The translations under genes and the position numbers were made by a program. DNA of 64,000 nt, from NCBI GenBank assembly GCA_964016885.1, contig OZ024740.1:389174001-389238000 (forward strand), in the 5' to 3' direction. Below are positions 11,493 through 25,600 of the stretch, piece after piece; the stretch's first letter is position 1; each line of letters starts with the position of its first letter. The notes under the pieces were generated by a model. That model made no database searches. It worked only from the letters and a program-made list of their open reading frames with translations, and was not told the DNA's origin. Source of the stretch: Eledone cirrhosa (lineage: Eukaryota).

Positions 11493-13846
11493 TAATATAT
11501 ATATATAATCATTATCATCATCATCGTTTTACGTGCACTTCTCCCTGCTTGCAAGGGTGGGACGGGTTCTATTAAGTATGGCATCTCTCCATTCGTCATA
11601 TATATATATATGTGTGTGTGTGTATGTGTGAGAGAGAGAAATATGCAACAACAAGAAAAAATCGACTTATATTCAAGGTCAACATTTTGCCAATTTTCAC
11701 CAGCTTTAAATTCTACGTAAACAAGGTGCTACAATAACTGGAATGATTATTTTACAATGAAACATTTTTCTACATTTACTACATCGTCATTAGTATTATT
11801 TATGTATTCCCTTGAAAATATTTCCAATAAATTTTTATAATTTGAACATAAATATTCCCTACACACACACTCACACACACACTCACACACACACACATGC
11901 TGAGTGTTATTCTTAATAAAACTTTTTCTCTCTTATGTAAGATTGAAATCTTACTTCTGACTTGTGTTTTATTGCTCTTACTCTCTCTCCCTTCCCACTC
12001 TTGCCCTCTCTCTCACTCTGTCTCTCATTCTTTCTACTATTCTATGAATTCCTAAGTTCTTTTATTCGATCTGTTGTTTTGAAAGTACTCCCAGCATGTG
12101 AGTCGCCAGAAATAAACAAAAATTCGAGAAACTTGTTGAAACTATAAAACGGATGAAATTGTAGAAAAGCATTATGTACTGGAGTTGTAAAATTATATTC
12201 TAAACAATATTGACAACATTTTAAACATCAAAATATTAAAACTTCATAAACATATTTTATATGCATGAGAATGTCCAAACCACGCCATCTAAATATGTAT
12301 TAATTAGGTGTTTTGGCTTGCAAACTGGGTTTGGATTTTAGCTTATTTCTCAAACATAAAATACAGAGGAGGATGGGGACAGCTTACATTCTGATTGGTT
12401 TATATTCAAGTATATACAGTATATAATATATAAGTAAAAATATATGCCTACATAGGTGTATGTAAGTAAAATGTGGTGCATGTGTGTAAAGCATGGTGCA
12501 CGTATGTGGAACAATGTGTATGTGTATGAAGCTTCATAGTGTGTGTGTATGTGTGTGGATCAGAGTATATGCATGTGCGTAAAAAGCGGTATGTGTATGT
12601 TAAGTAAGAAATGTATATGTGCAAAGTGTCATGTGTGCAAAGCATCTTGTGTATGTATGTGTGTAAAGTATGGTGTGTGCACGTGTGAGTAAAACATGGT
12701 ATGTGTAATGTATGGTATGTGTGTGTGTATAAAACATTGTTTATGTACTTTTGATGAGTAACTGAACTGTATATGTAATTATGTACATATATGTATGCCC
12801 ATTTATATCTATGAATGTATATATATGTATGTAAATATGCATGTGTGCTTACTTGTATGCTTGTATATGTGTGTGCATGAAACCAGTAAGGTCTCTAAAT
12901 AGTGCAATTAAAGTGTTGGATACAAGCATCAGTGAATATGAGAGTATTTTCATTCCATTGGTCTCTGTCTATACAACTAAGCACATAATTATCAGTACCA
13001 ACTCACAATGGAAAAGTATTCACCAACAAAAACAAAAGGACTATATAAAATATCCAACAAGCTTACACCAACGCATCAAAGACTAGCATAAAAATCAGCT
13101 AGCTATAAGCTAGCTATATACCTATTTGCATAGATTCATATCCGAATATGTGCATATATATATATATATATATATAAGACTATAGAACAAGTGAAATGTT
13201 AGTCAATACATGTAAAAGTGTTTATTTGTTTGAGGTTGGAGAAACTTAGAGTATGGCAGGGTGAATCATAATCGTTTATTGAATATCTATCTATGTAGCT
13301 GTCTGTGAGAGGGAAGGAGAGAGAATGTGCAAAATTCTGGATTTGTGAGCATGTGTATCGGTAAGACAATTTGCTATCATAAATTCCTGGGACAGCTCCC
13401 ACTCACTGCATGGCAATTTGCTACCATAACTGCTGATCCTTCCAAACCTTGTGAGTGAAATTGGATACATCCATGATCAAATGTAGTCAAAATTTACAAA
13501 CCCAACCTTTTTCAAAGGATAGTGTATTTAAACCTATATTAACCAATCTGTCTTTCTTTTTTAAGATACATGATTAAAGGGTGATTTGAGGTTAATTTGA
13601 TTGCTACTTTAAGCAGGTTGAAAGGTAACATAGATGCTTTTGTTGTCTCCAAATAAGCATATACTGCCATTCAATCACAAGTCAGCCCTCATGTAGAAAA
13701 GCTATGATATCCTATTTTTTCCTCAACAGAATGTGTCCAGAAGCCCACCAGCCAATATTCTCTTTAAAAAGAGAGTAGGAAGAATTGACTACTATTTCTA
13801 GCAGGGCAAATAATCTAGATGTTCCTGTTTGTTTGAGATAGCATAT

Positions 13847-13847
13847 G

Positions 13848-13912
<65 letters not shown>

Positions 13913-16900
13913 GAAATTATTGTGTACAGTGCTCAGGTGCACTACAACTCATCAAAGGTGCATGTATAGTACATAGAATAATATACAAATGTCAAGGAAG
14001 TGTATGAGTCATTATATACATGTGTGAGTGTGTATGGAGGGGAATATTAGGTGTAGTGTTGGCGAATCTCAGGAAGCATGGAGGTTTTAAAGGATGCAGT
14101 GTCTCGACAGCTAACAACTGATGCAGGTAGTTTGTTCCATGCTTCAGCAACTCTGAGCGTGAAAAAATGTTTCCGAAAAATCATGGGAGCTATGCTGTTT
14201 TCTGACTTTGTGGGCATGCCCATGTGTGTTAGACACATGGAAATCAAAAAGGTACTCAGGGTTGTTGTTGGCAAGATGGTTAATAATTTTGTGGGTGTTT
14301 ACCAAGTCAGTTGCTAGATGTTGGAGATCAATGTCTCCATGCCCAGGGAAGCAAGGCGTTCAGAGTATGGTAGATGCGCTTGGTTGCACATCTCTGAACA
14401 GTTTCCAGGCAGTCAATGTTCTGAGCAAGATAGGGGTTCCAGACTGGTGATGCAAATTCTAAGTGTGGCCGCACCATAGCTATGTACAGCTTTAAATAGA
14501 TAGCTGGAGAGCGGCTGACAAAAGTCTTGCTGAGTGATGCTAAGACACCCTCGGCCTTCTTGACAATTTTAGAGACGTGCTTCGTCCAACGCAAATCGCT
14601 GCTGACCGTAATGCCCAGGTCACGTTCACAAGAAGACTTCTTGCCATAAGTCTTTTGTGTGGCACAGAATTGAAAGCTTTAGCAAAGTCAAGATAAACAA
14701 CATCCACCCATGAGCCATCATCAGTGATCCGGGTGATGTCTTCAAGAAACTCGATAAGTTGATCACAGCAGCTGGAGTTAGAGATAAATCCAAATTGCGA
14801 GGACCGGATAAGACTGTGGGAGCTCCAGAAGTTCCAAAGCGTTTCTCTGACACAGGATTCCATCAGTTTGGCAATGCAGCTAGTAAGACTAACTAGACGA
14901 TAGTTCACAGGTGATGTGCGGTCACCCTTTTTGAACAAAGGAATGACACTGGCAGTTTTCCACTGCTCCGGAGTAGCACTGTTGTTCAGACAGAATTGGA
15001 AGAAGCGTGATAGCTGGTGCAGAAGGATATACCCACCACGTTTGAGAAGCAGGTATGTAACACCATCAAGACCAGGAGAGGCATGGTTGCGTTTATTTTT
15101 AAGGTGACATCGCAGCATTGCAGGTGTAAATTCCATAGTTGTAATAGAATCTGATGTCAGAGGTGGTGGAGATGATACACTCTGGTCTTCAATAGTGAAA
15201 ATGCCTGCATAGCATTCAGCAATGAACTCTGCGTATTCCTTGGGGTCGTCAGTAATCTGGCTTGTGTGGGGATTGCGAAGAGGACCAACTGGAGAGTGAG
15301 GCCTCTGCTTTGAGTGAACATACTTCCAAAACACCTTACTGTCAGGGCTGGTTGCTATGTGCTGTTCAAATTGAAGCACTGTCTTTCTGGCTACCTGTTT
15401 GAGATGGTTGGATGATTTATTTCACTTCTTCCTATTGATAACTGATTTATGCAGTTTGCACTCACGTTCAGCATTACAATGTTCTTTCCTGGCAAGACGG
15501 ACTGCTGCAGTCTCCCAAATTGCACTTTTGGGATGTTTTTTCTGCTTACGTGGCACCGATGCTGCACATGCTGTCCATATTGAGCTCAGGATATTCTGGA
15601 GTACAGTGTTGACATCTCCAGAGTCATAGAACTCAAGCCAGTTTGGATGTTGCAACTCGGTGCAGTAACAGTTCCATCTGCTTTATTCCAGTCAAAGTGA
15701 GCAGTTTGGAGATGGTTGTGGTTTCTGTTACTGCCCATGAGGGATAGATTGGCAATGATCATAGCATGATCAGAGTCACCTAAAGGTTCCTCAGTAGTAA
15801 CACTAATAACCGTTTCAGGAGTAGTGGTGAAGAGTAGGTCCAAAGTGTTGTCACCTCTTGTTGGGGAGGTGACTACTTGGGACCAGTTTAAGTCCAGCAC
15901 TAGCTCAAGGAAGTTATTTGCAATTAGCGGCCAATGAAAGGTTTCCCAGTCAATCTCAGAGTGATTGAAGTCCCCTGCAATAAAAACAAAAGTGGCTGTT
16001 TTCCTGGCAGCAACTCTGAGGATATCACAAAGTTCAGTGTCCTGATGGCAATTTGGGAGACGGCAAACGACTCCAAGTAGTGTTGACAGGATCATACGTA
16101 TATCGCAGAAGAATACTTCCTGCTGCGATTGGTTCAAATCAACACAAGGAATTGTCAAAAAATTTGACCGAACGTAGACCATTACACCACCACCACCATG
16201 ATTAATGCGGTCTTTACGAAACAGGTTGTAGCCAGTTATGCTGAAAACCCCATCACAGAGTAAGGAATGTGCCCATGTTTCCGTGACTGTAATGAAGTCA
16301 GGGTTGATACTTTTGACATAGGAGTCAAAAAGATGAATCTTATTGCATAGACTACGTGTATTCAAGGACAACAATTTGTACCTTGATTCCAGTCTATGAT
16401 TATGTGCAAGGGATGGCAGGTTGTTCTGATTTAGTTTCCCAGAGTTTTTTCAGTTTTTTTATTGTCAGTTGTTGTGGGTACAGTGTTTTCAGACCAGCTT
16501 GTATCTCTTTTCTATGTTTCACCAGCCTTAATAAACTTCCATATCTGCCCATCATCACATAGGCTGAAGCTTTCATGTTCTGCCGAGCTGCGGTTTAAGG
16601 AAGCTGCAGCACGCAGCTTTGGGCGGACATCAGGTGGAAGACCAGAGCATGTTCTGAAGGCAATCTGACTTTCACGCCTAGCTTTATCAGAAGCCAAAAG
16701 ATATGAACGTGCCTCAGTTGAGTTTGAAAAAGACAGTCTAATTAGCCTGGGTTTCGGATCTGGTTGGCCAAGGTGTAGAGCAACCTTCGGGGGAGCACAG
16801 CCCAAGTCTTTGGATGAACTGGCAGCAAATGCCTGAAGATCAACTATGTCTTCTCGTACGCCAATGGCAATCACTTCGTAGTTTACAGATTCAGTGGCAT

Positions 16901-17640
16901 ACTCAATGTGTCTAGATACGGCAAGAGGTACGCGGAGATTTTTTAACAAGTCACTCCGGTAACAAGATCCCTCATTGTGAGGTTCTACACGAACGCTTGA
17001 TTTTATTCCCACTATTTCTCGGCTTAAAGCGGAAATCATTTGCCGTATTTCCTCAAACTCCGTATTGACGGTTAATTTTTGTTGTTCTTCTTATTCAACA
17101 GGCATGGTAGGGGAAGACACAGTCGTCGGTTGTTGTTGTTGAAAAGTAATGGGTGAGGAAGACATGGGTTGCTGTTGTTGGTGAGGTCCTTCAACAGGGG
17201 TAGTAGCAGAAGCTACGATCGTTGGGCTTTTTGGTTTTTGGTTTTTGCTGTTGTTCAGGAACAATGGTAGAGGAAGACACGATCTTCGGTTTTTGTTGTT
17301 ATTGTTCAGCAGCAATGGTAGAGGCAGACATACAAGCCAGGCACTGAAAGGACCAATTTGTTAGCTGGACCATTTCCCAGAGCCCATCCATCATAGAAGT
17401 ATGGTGTCTCTTTTTCTGATCCGGGATCTTTCAAAAGTTTGTGGCACATTGAAGGCAAACAGAAACACGACATTTGCCACATTCGACCCATCGATTTCGG
17501 AAGGAGTTCTCCGGTTCTGTACATAGATGACAGATGTGATTTTCTGGGCAATGTTCTATTTTGGAACATCGCCCAGTTTTGTTGCACACTTCATCCATGG
17601 ATGTCACAATAGCTATTTTGTCCTGCCTGTCCATCCGTAC
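13847..17640 (-). mobile_element. Near full-length but dead CR1-group LINE
   Basis: ORF1 pieces with Cys-rich finger (17431-17634, 16512-17039); APE endonuclease (LNTRSL..ITVTETW..GDFN..LDL..SDH, 15586-16374); RT (SPGLDG..PLFKKG..YRLVSLTS..DFAKAF) and CR1-like end (VRPHLEFASPVWNP; FFTLRVAEAWNKLP); (ATT)n tail; frameshifts and an RT-core deletion near 14642. Confidence 0.9.
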
Positions 17641-18400
17641 AGTAGAACAAGATGTAAATGTAAATAAATAAATATGCTGCGTAAGTTTAGCCCATTTGTT
17701 AATCAGATAAATGTTTGTTTATGTTTCGTTTTTGTATTTCTGTTTGTTTTCCTATGTAATGTGTGTGTGTATGCAAAAAGATCCGCACATGAATATATAA
17801 ATATATATATATATAATTAAAAGGTATGTGGGTTAGAAGTGAAGTCAGTGTTCAGAAAGATTTTACAAATGTACGTAAGATTGGCCAGTATAGTGTCTCA
17901 CACGAAAAAGTGTGGTTTCTTTTCACTTGTGTTTATATGTGTGTGCGGTATGTATCTATATATAAATCTGTGTGTATATTGTTGTTTATAGATTTTGTGA
18001 AGTACTTACTGCGATCCCTAAGGGATGTAGTGATTTTTTTTTCCCCCCGTTCATGTCCACACTTGGTTTGTTGGCGAAAATCAAAAGAGGTGACTACAAC
18101 TTGCATGTGCTATTTTTAAACACATCTTATCTATAATTGTGAACCTATATTACATGAATGACACAGAACTAACTATATGATTTGAGCTGAATTATTAAGT
18201 TTTTATTCATAGCTCCATAGCCATCAGTGCAGAAAGAGTATGTAATCAAAACAGACGGGAAATAGCTGCCTAGCATTCTAGAGATTCAATGCATGTTATT
18301 CAACAAGTGTCTGTAGAACTTTTCAAAAGCTAACACATTTGACTGTAAAAGCATTCATTCCTATTACATACATGCCTGCATACATACATACATTACATAC

Positions 18401-18768
18401 ATGGTGGCTGCCAACTCGTTTTCGAGTACGGCCACTACTTTATATCCATGTAGGAGAACCCCTACCGATGCGCTGAACGAGTGTGACTTTTTAGTCGAGC
18501 CAGCGACTTGAAAACTCTGGTACAAACACTACACTTGTGACAATTATTGACACATAGTGCTGGGCGCATGGTACCATGTGACAAGTGCAGAGAGATCTCC
18601 AGATATAAAGCAATGCCTGTGCCGTGAAGCTTTTCTAGTGAGCAAAGGCACTGTACAAAGCCAATCCCACTCTCTTAACCAAGATGATATTTACCAAAAA
18701 GAAGAACAAGTCAACATCATTGGATACCATCAGGGTTGCAGGTGTTATATCAGAGTTTTCCTTCTCCT
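18401..18768 (-). mobile_element. Non-autonomous RTE-derived element, 5'-truncated copy in (TACA)n
   Basis: Near-identical to 45081-45451; minus strand encodes an RTE-type terminal zinc finger [15 protein letters not shown]. Confidence 0.75.
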
Positions 18769-18808
18769 AATATACATACATACATACATACATACACACA
18801 CACACATA

Positions 18809-19740
18809 CAAGATTTGTCCCCAATGTAAGGGTACTGATGTTTTATTTAAATGTATATTAGATGTACATGATATTATAAGTTATCTCTTTCAAAATATGA
18901 CCCTTGGGAAGTCACATAGTGGTTCCAACTATTTTTTCCATTGATCATAGCAGTACCAGAAGTCATTTTCTGTCAATGTCCTTAGCTCATCAGTTACAAT
19001 TTTTTGTATGTTTTCCACAGTCCTAAAATGATGATCCTTCCAACTTCAGTTTCAACTTAGAGAAGAAGTAAAAATCACACAGAGCTAGATCTGGACTGTA
19101 CGGGGGAGGAGAGAATGGGAATGTTTTTCTTCGCCAGAAACTCTCTAATTAAAAGTGATGTGTGAGCAGGCGCTTTATCCTGGTACAGTGACCAATCTCC
19201 TGCAATGTCCTTTCAGACTCGCTGGACCCATTTCCAAAGTCGCTTCAAGACATCTTTGTAGAAGGTGCGATTAAATTTCCATCCTGGACGTAAACATTCT
19301 TTGTCAACAGTACCACGGTTAGCAAAAAAAAAAAATGATAATCACCGTTTTCATCCTGGATCTGCTCACAGCGTGCTTTCTTTGAAAGAGCAGAATCTTT
19401 CTTGTGCTACTACACACTTTGCCATTTTGTCTCTGGAACATACTTGAACAACCATGATTCATCCCCTATTACTACTTTATCCAAGATATTTGTTGAGTTT
19501 CACACAAAATTTGATCATGTACAATTGTTCGATATTTTCCTGCATCACAAGCATAACAGAGGTTATAAATACCTTTGTACATAAACACCAATAACTCATG
19601 ACTGACTCAATTGGTCATGTTGAAACAATATGTATGTGCAGCCAAAGTCATAACCAATATGCCTATATACATCAATGAGGTGCTACATTACTATGTCATA
19701 CATAGGAAAATCAGTACTCTTACTTTTGGGACATACCTCA
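18809..19740 (-). mobile_element. Internally deleted mariner transposon
   Basis: Imperfect TIRs flanked by TA; minus-strand QDKAPAHTSLLIREFLAKKNIP and decayed YSPDLA.CDF mariner motifs. Confidence 0.8.
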
Positions 19741-19849
19741 TAAATGCATACAACACTGCTGAGGTTGGTATTTCGGACAAATTTGATACTATTTGCCCTT
19801 AATTTGACTTTTCTGTCAATTAGCAAGAAATATTTTTTTGTACCTGAAC

Positions 19850-21680
19850 AACTGTCCAAAGCACTTAGCTAAATAAAAGGAATTTTTAAAAATTACAAAT
19901 ATCAGTCCTCACAAAATTCTTCATCTTAGCTACACAAGATAGCTTTCTTTGAAACAAGTTGTACAAAGAATTTTGGTGCTCTTTTGTCATATTTCACGAC
20001 AGCATTGGAAGATGGTATCCCCACGATGACTTCCAAAGTATTATGGGAATTACAAAACCCCTTGATAAAAATGTATTTTGTTTTTCTTGGTTATATTTTA
20101 CCAGACATTGATGTGCTCAATTTGGTGTTCCAGGCAGATATGTATAGAATTCATAAGTTACGAAACTCCATTAACACCAGAATGAAAGCTATTCTCAGTA
20201 ACTTCATCAAAAGAGAGTTATTGAAACCAAATGATATCAGTAAAGTAAATGTAAATGATCCTTCTACACATCTTAAAATAGAAGACATCTATTATAGTGC
20301 CACTGCAGAAAGTATTTTGATAGAAAACTGCCATTTCCTAAAAGGAGTTCCAAGATTTTCAAGTAAAAATACTGAGTTTCTCTGTGTGCCTTTTAAAACA
20401 ACTGAAGCAATGCTTCTTATGTGATATGTTTTCAAATTTAGAGCTACTTGAAGCCTTAGACCTAACCAATGTTATTGAAGGTACTTTTGGGTCCCAAATA
20501 ATAGGCAAGGTTGGAATAAGCAGGGGAGGGTAGAATAAGTGGAGAAGTTAGAATAACAGCAGGGAGGAATCGATAATCTTTTTAGTTTGTTCCCGTTGAT
20601 TTTAAAAAAACAGAATTAGTCATTTAGTTTACATATTTAGTTTATAACATATGGGATTTCTAGTAATGTACTTTATGATCATGTACGGAGGGGGGGGGGG
20701 GCTTCAAAAAGTTTGTGGAAAAAGTACATAGCTAAAAAATCATATGCAGTGATTTTGATCTCAATGTACCTGTACGTTCTCGTACTAACATATTCTAACA
20801 TGAACTCTTAAATGAATGTTGCAATGCAGCAGTACCAGTTGGCAGTCCACACCCACTCAATGGCTTCCATCAAAACATCAAATTCATGGTGAAGCTAAGG
20901 TGGAAGAGTAGCCAAATCATTGACGCTCTGAAGCAAGCTTATGGGGACAATGCTCCAAAGAAATCAACCTACAAATAGATAAGTCATTATAGAAGTGGAA
21001 GAGATGAGGTTGAAGACAATCTCCAGTCGAAGATGTAAAAAAAAAGCTGCTTTGACAGAGTTTAAATTGCATGGCTCTCAGTCTTACACAGATGTACTTA
21101 AAAGCTGGTATCAATGCTTGCAGAAGTGTATTGACCTAGAGGGAGCATATGTTGAAAATTAAACACCATAACTTAAACCGTTTCTTTCCAACTGTCCTTT
21201 TTCCACAAACTTTATGAAGCCACCTCAGATAATGTTTTTTTAATGGCTAAAGCAAATTAATTGTCACAGGTATGCTACCACTTAAAATGAAATTTCGCCA
21301 GAGATAGATTAACAAAATTAAATAAGCAGAGGGGGTGGAATAAGAGTGGAGTTGGAATAAATCTGAAAAATAAGTGATTGTGCATGAAGACATGAACAAA
21401 TAAATAGAGAATGGGAGGAATTGACTCTGCAAGATGCATCTCTTAATGCACAAAATGAGCTAAAAAAATACTGGTTTCTTGTTTCTCAAGAAAAATGTGG
21501 TGGCATATATTGCTACCTGTTACTATCTAAGTTCATGATGCAACTTCTTTCATTGCTACATTCTTCAGCAACGACAGAAAGAGTTTTTTCCCTTCTCAAC
21601 ATCATATAAACAAAAAAAAAACTGCAATGCTTTAAAAACATCAACATTTAATGCCCTACTAGGATCAGAGTCTCTACTGC
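19850..21680 (+). mobile_element. Degenerate hAT transposase fragment interrupted by nested insertions
   Basis: KILHLSYTRxLSL..VVQRIL, ORF 19984-20424, and C-terminal dimerisation-type LLSLLHSSATTERVFSLLN (21421-21609); 20481-21400 is inserted material. Confidence 0.7.
20686..21228. mobile_element. mariner-derived MITE nested inside another repeat
   Basis: TIR GGCTTCAAAAAGTTTGTGGAAAAA / TTTTTCCACAAACTTTATGAAGCC; the host repeat is also seen uninterrupted at 27084-27330. Confidence 0.7.
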
Positions 21681-22992
21681 AAAATGTTGACTGTACAAAG
21701 AGGCATCCACAACAGCAACTTTGACTCTAACTGTAAGAAAGAAACTGGAACAGCAACAAAAGTGTGGCAGAAGAAAACATTTCTTTTTAATTAAAATATA
21801 TTTTCTGTTAACATTTATGGGGTTTCATATTGATGCTATTGGATTTGGTATGTTTTTGTATATTTTGGTATTATTGAGAAAAAAGAATACAAATAAACAG
21901 AGTGAAAATTGCAATAAAACAAGTTAAATACATATTTCTTAAATCAAGAATAGAGTAGAAAATAACAACACCAAAGGTGAGGTTGAATAAAGATATATAC
22001 TCTGTCAGTAGTATGAATGTGCTTACATATATATATGCTGCCTCATCACTTGAGCTAAAAGTTGTAAAAGAAGTGAGCATGTGTGTGTGTGGGTGTATGG
22101 GTGTGTATGTAACACTTGACCTGATTTAAATACTTAGGAGAAGCCATGTCACTTGATGAGTAATGAACTGTTTTCTGTTGAAAAAACATCGCCTATATAA
22201 TCATTGGATTACTAAGCTTGTAAGAAAATGTTAGTTATCCAAAAACAAAAGGAAAAAATGTCATGCTTCCCAAAATAGGTAAAATATTCAATTCACCTAC
22301 AAAAACTGTCAAGACATGTAAATCATAAAATTCTCAAATTGAATATACACTAGAGCCATGAATAATCTCCCCCACCCCCACCTATGCATATCCATATATA
22401 TCCATATCTATATAGAGAGAGTGAAAGAGAGAGAGATTTAAAATAAGGAGCACACAGAACAAAGACAATGGAAAAAAAAACGAAAAGACGGACAATCCCA
22501 TCTCCTCAGTCAACCTCTAGAAAAGCACGACGGTTTTGGTCCATTACGGTCAATACCATTCATTCCAGTGCACATTGGAACATAAGAAAACAGACAAAGA
22601 TAAATTATACCTTTAGGCAAATTGCACAAATATAGAGTGCACAAGGACTTAGCCAAAGGAGAGAAATAATAAAACAGAAGTGAGCAAGGACTGTTGTCCA
22701 ACATGCAGACAAAGAAGGACACTGAGGCATAGAAAAGGTAAGGGAGGATGGGGAAAACAGGCCGGGTGATGCAATGTGTCTAATATATGATAGTTTCGTA
22801 AAGAGCCCACATGGCTAAATCTTTAGAATATACATCCAAAATAGGGAGCGAACAGGACATTATATATATATATATATATAATTATATTTATATATAATAT
22901 TATAAATAAGATAAGGGTAATATTGTATGTTACCTGATTACCAGAAATCAAGTAGCTCAATGTAAAATATCAAGTATAATACAGAGCAGAAA

Positions 22993-23207
22993 TACAACAT
23001 AAATAAATCAAATTGTGTTTAAAACATTTAATAGCTTACGATCGTTTCATCCAGATATAGCTCTGTAATCATCAGAGCATATAAAGGTTAAAACAAATAT
23101 ATTCCTAATCACTATAACATTTAGCAGCATACAGACCTATATCTGGATGAAACGATCAAAAGCTATTAAATGTTTTAAACACAATTTGTTTGTTATTTAT
23201 GTTGTAT
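22993..23207. repeat. PLE-type fold-back (about 70-bp arms) carrying a hammerhead
   Basis: 22993-23060 is the inverted copy of ~23138-23207; flanked by TA-rich repeats. Confidence 0.7.
23034..23078 (-). ncRNA. Minimal type-I hammerhead ribozyme
   Basis: GCT-CTGATGA-ttaCAGAgctataTCTGgat-GAA-ACGATCGT-A/AGC; palindromic stem III, GUA site. Confidence 0.7.
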
Positions 23208-23299
23208 ATATATTTATATTTGGGGGTGTTCATGTTGCTAATATTGCCAATAAAAAGTAACACAAGCACTATATAATTTTCACTATCTTTATTGCACAT

Positions 23300-24385
23300 T
23301 ATTCATTTGTTTGTCAAAGTTCTTTTGTCACACATTCTGTGACCTCCTCAATGACTGTTGCATGCCTCCTCTTCCTTCTGGTCTTAAACTTTTACTCCAT
23401 CTTGACTTTGTTTTGTGGTGTATTTTTCGTGATTCATGTCTACACATGTTTGCACATGCGCCTTTGCCTGAGTGTTTTTGAATTTAGCCATGGCTCCTTT
23501 GTACACTGTGATCCTGTCTCTTTGGTTATAACCAGAGAAATGCATGCAGTGACTGAAGTGCAAGTGCTGTATGTGTCTCTTTAACTCTGTTGAATCACAC
23601 ACACATGACATTTTTCTCATTACCCTTACCAGGTCCACTATCAAGATATTGAACTTAGCACTATCTGAGATAGCTGAGTTCCGGTGGATCGGGCACTTGG
23701 AGGCCATGGGGTTGGTATAATGTGAATGGAGGATATGAGCTTTATCATTCTTAGTTTCCATCCAGAGTTCTGTGTCTAATAGTCTATGGTTGGGGAAGGA
23801 GGTGGGGGTGGGGGGGGGGGGGGGGGGGGGTTATTTGGATGGTCTACTGTCACTTTAATGTTCTGGAGAATGGAGTTAGCTATTTGTTGGATGTTCTCCA
23901 CGGTGCTAGCTTCTAGTTCATGGGTACTCTCTCATGGAGGTGTTTTAACCACTATATCAGTGCTACTCAAAGTGGTGGTCCGCGGACCGGTGCCGGTACG
24001 TGACCCATCAGCTACTGGTACGCGGCCAATGGCTATTCCTTCCTTTTGAGTGTGTTTTATTATTGAACTTAAACATATGGTTCTTTAGAGTATTGATAAT
24101 ACTCGCTCTCACTGGATGTGCAATCATCCTTCTCACCTAATTGAAGTTTTTCAGGGGTCTGTATGACTCTGGTCCACCCATTCCATCTTTCCATGACGGT
24201 CTTCTTGACCATTGAGATGATGGTGGAAGGCCTACCTCTTACAGGTCTACTAGGACAAAAACAGCTAAGGTTGTATTCATCTAGATATTCTCTATCACTG
24301 GAGTTGACACTGAGGCCATGTTCCTCAGTGTCAACTCCACAGAACTCCACATTATGGGGAGTATGGGCATTGAGAAGAAGTAGGA
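23300..24385 (-). mobile_element. Degenerate Penelope-like RT fragment, Naiad-like clade
   Basis: VEFCGVDTEE..CP.R..RGRP..ERW..W (insertion-in-fingers-like), IQQIANSILQNIKVTVDHP, and HYTNPMAS..HRNSA..KFNIL..LVRVMR..FSGY..R thumb region; a short hAT-like MITE piece lies at ~23958-24030. Confidence 0.65.
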
Positions 24386-24522
24386 GATCCTGTAGTTGCT
24401 GGGGATGTTTGTTCCGCAGACTAGTCTTGTTGGTGGTCATGCTACAGGATCAGTGGTTATTTTATTATCCTTGTGGAGTACATACAACACTGGGATGTCA
24501 TTATTTGAGGCTTGGAAATTGT

Positions 24523-24592
<70 letters not shown>

Positions 24593-25375
24593 GCACGGTG
24601 TCTATTATTTATAACACTTAGGTATGATTTAAGGGAGATTTAGTTGATATTTCCAGTAAACTGAGGCAGGCATGGTGGTAGGATTAAGAAGGTTACTTCA
24701 CAACTATGTTGTTCCAGGTTTGATCCCATAGCATGACACCTTGTGTAAATGCCATGTACCATATTTTCCATTCAACTAAAGCCTTTTGAGTGAAACTAGA
24801 TAAACAGAACCTGTGGGGAAGCCTGTGATAGTCTTTATCCCTCACCCAGTTTGAAATCACTACTTGACTGTTGAGTTCCTTTAGTTGAGTCCACTCTAAA
24901 GCAACATATATGGTATATATATTTACAACTAATTAAAACACTTTTACATTATGAAAATGAAATCAGTGTAAAAGCCACTTTATATGAAAGTGAAAATGGT
25001 GCATTATGCTCCAAATAAGTGAGAAACCTTTCCTTTTTAATCTCAAGATATATAATAGAAATAATTCTAACAAAGCATATTTCCCACTGTCTAATTTTTT
25101 TAAAAACAATTTAGATGAATAAAATTTGTTTTAAATAATTCTATATGGATGTTAAATTCAAATTTAACGTTCTATACAGTCATTAATGTACTCCTTAAGT
25201 TGGTGGTCACTTCTTACAAAATAAATACAAAATACTACAACTCAAATGCTTTTTTTAATAATAATTCATGTGACACCAGCCTTATTTATTGTTTTCTTTA
25301 ATCAAAGTTTATTGTAATACAAAATATCCAGAAACAAAAAAAGGTAAATAAGAAAAATAGTAAGAAAAAAAGAAT

Positions 25376-25600
25376 TAAGCAACGAAAAGGGGGGAAAGGG
25401 AGCGACAGACTCCACACTCCAGTGTGAGCGGTGTTTTAGCTGTGCCCCACCCATAAAATGGCAAAGGTACTGCCACGGAGAATGGCCAGCGATACCCGCT
25501 GCAGTAGCTACTACATCTTATGACTGCTGTCTTTCTGATTTTACGAACGAGATCAGCTGTGTGGGAACCGAGGATGCCTGGGAACTTAGCTTCCCACACT
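25376..25600 (-). mobile_element. 3' remnant of a CRE-like RLE-type non-LTR element
   Basis: GSHTADLVRKI and, in a shifted frame, LQRVSLAILRGS, resembling the QRISxAIQRGN terminus. Confidence 0.45.

Noticed and set aside
22525-22830. Two degenerate hammerhead-like motifs on minus
   Set aside because: Cores read TGGAATGA/AAAAC and CTAAAGA; too many mismatches to support.
23300-24385. Selenocysteine-recoded Naiad ORF
   Set aside because: The fragment has frameshifts and mixed stop types, so stops reflect decay; no SECIS recognised.
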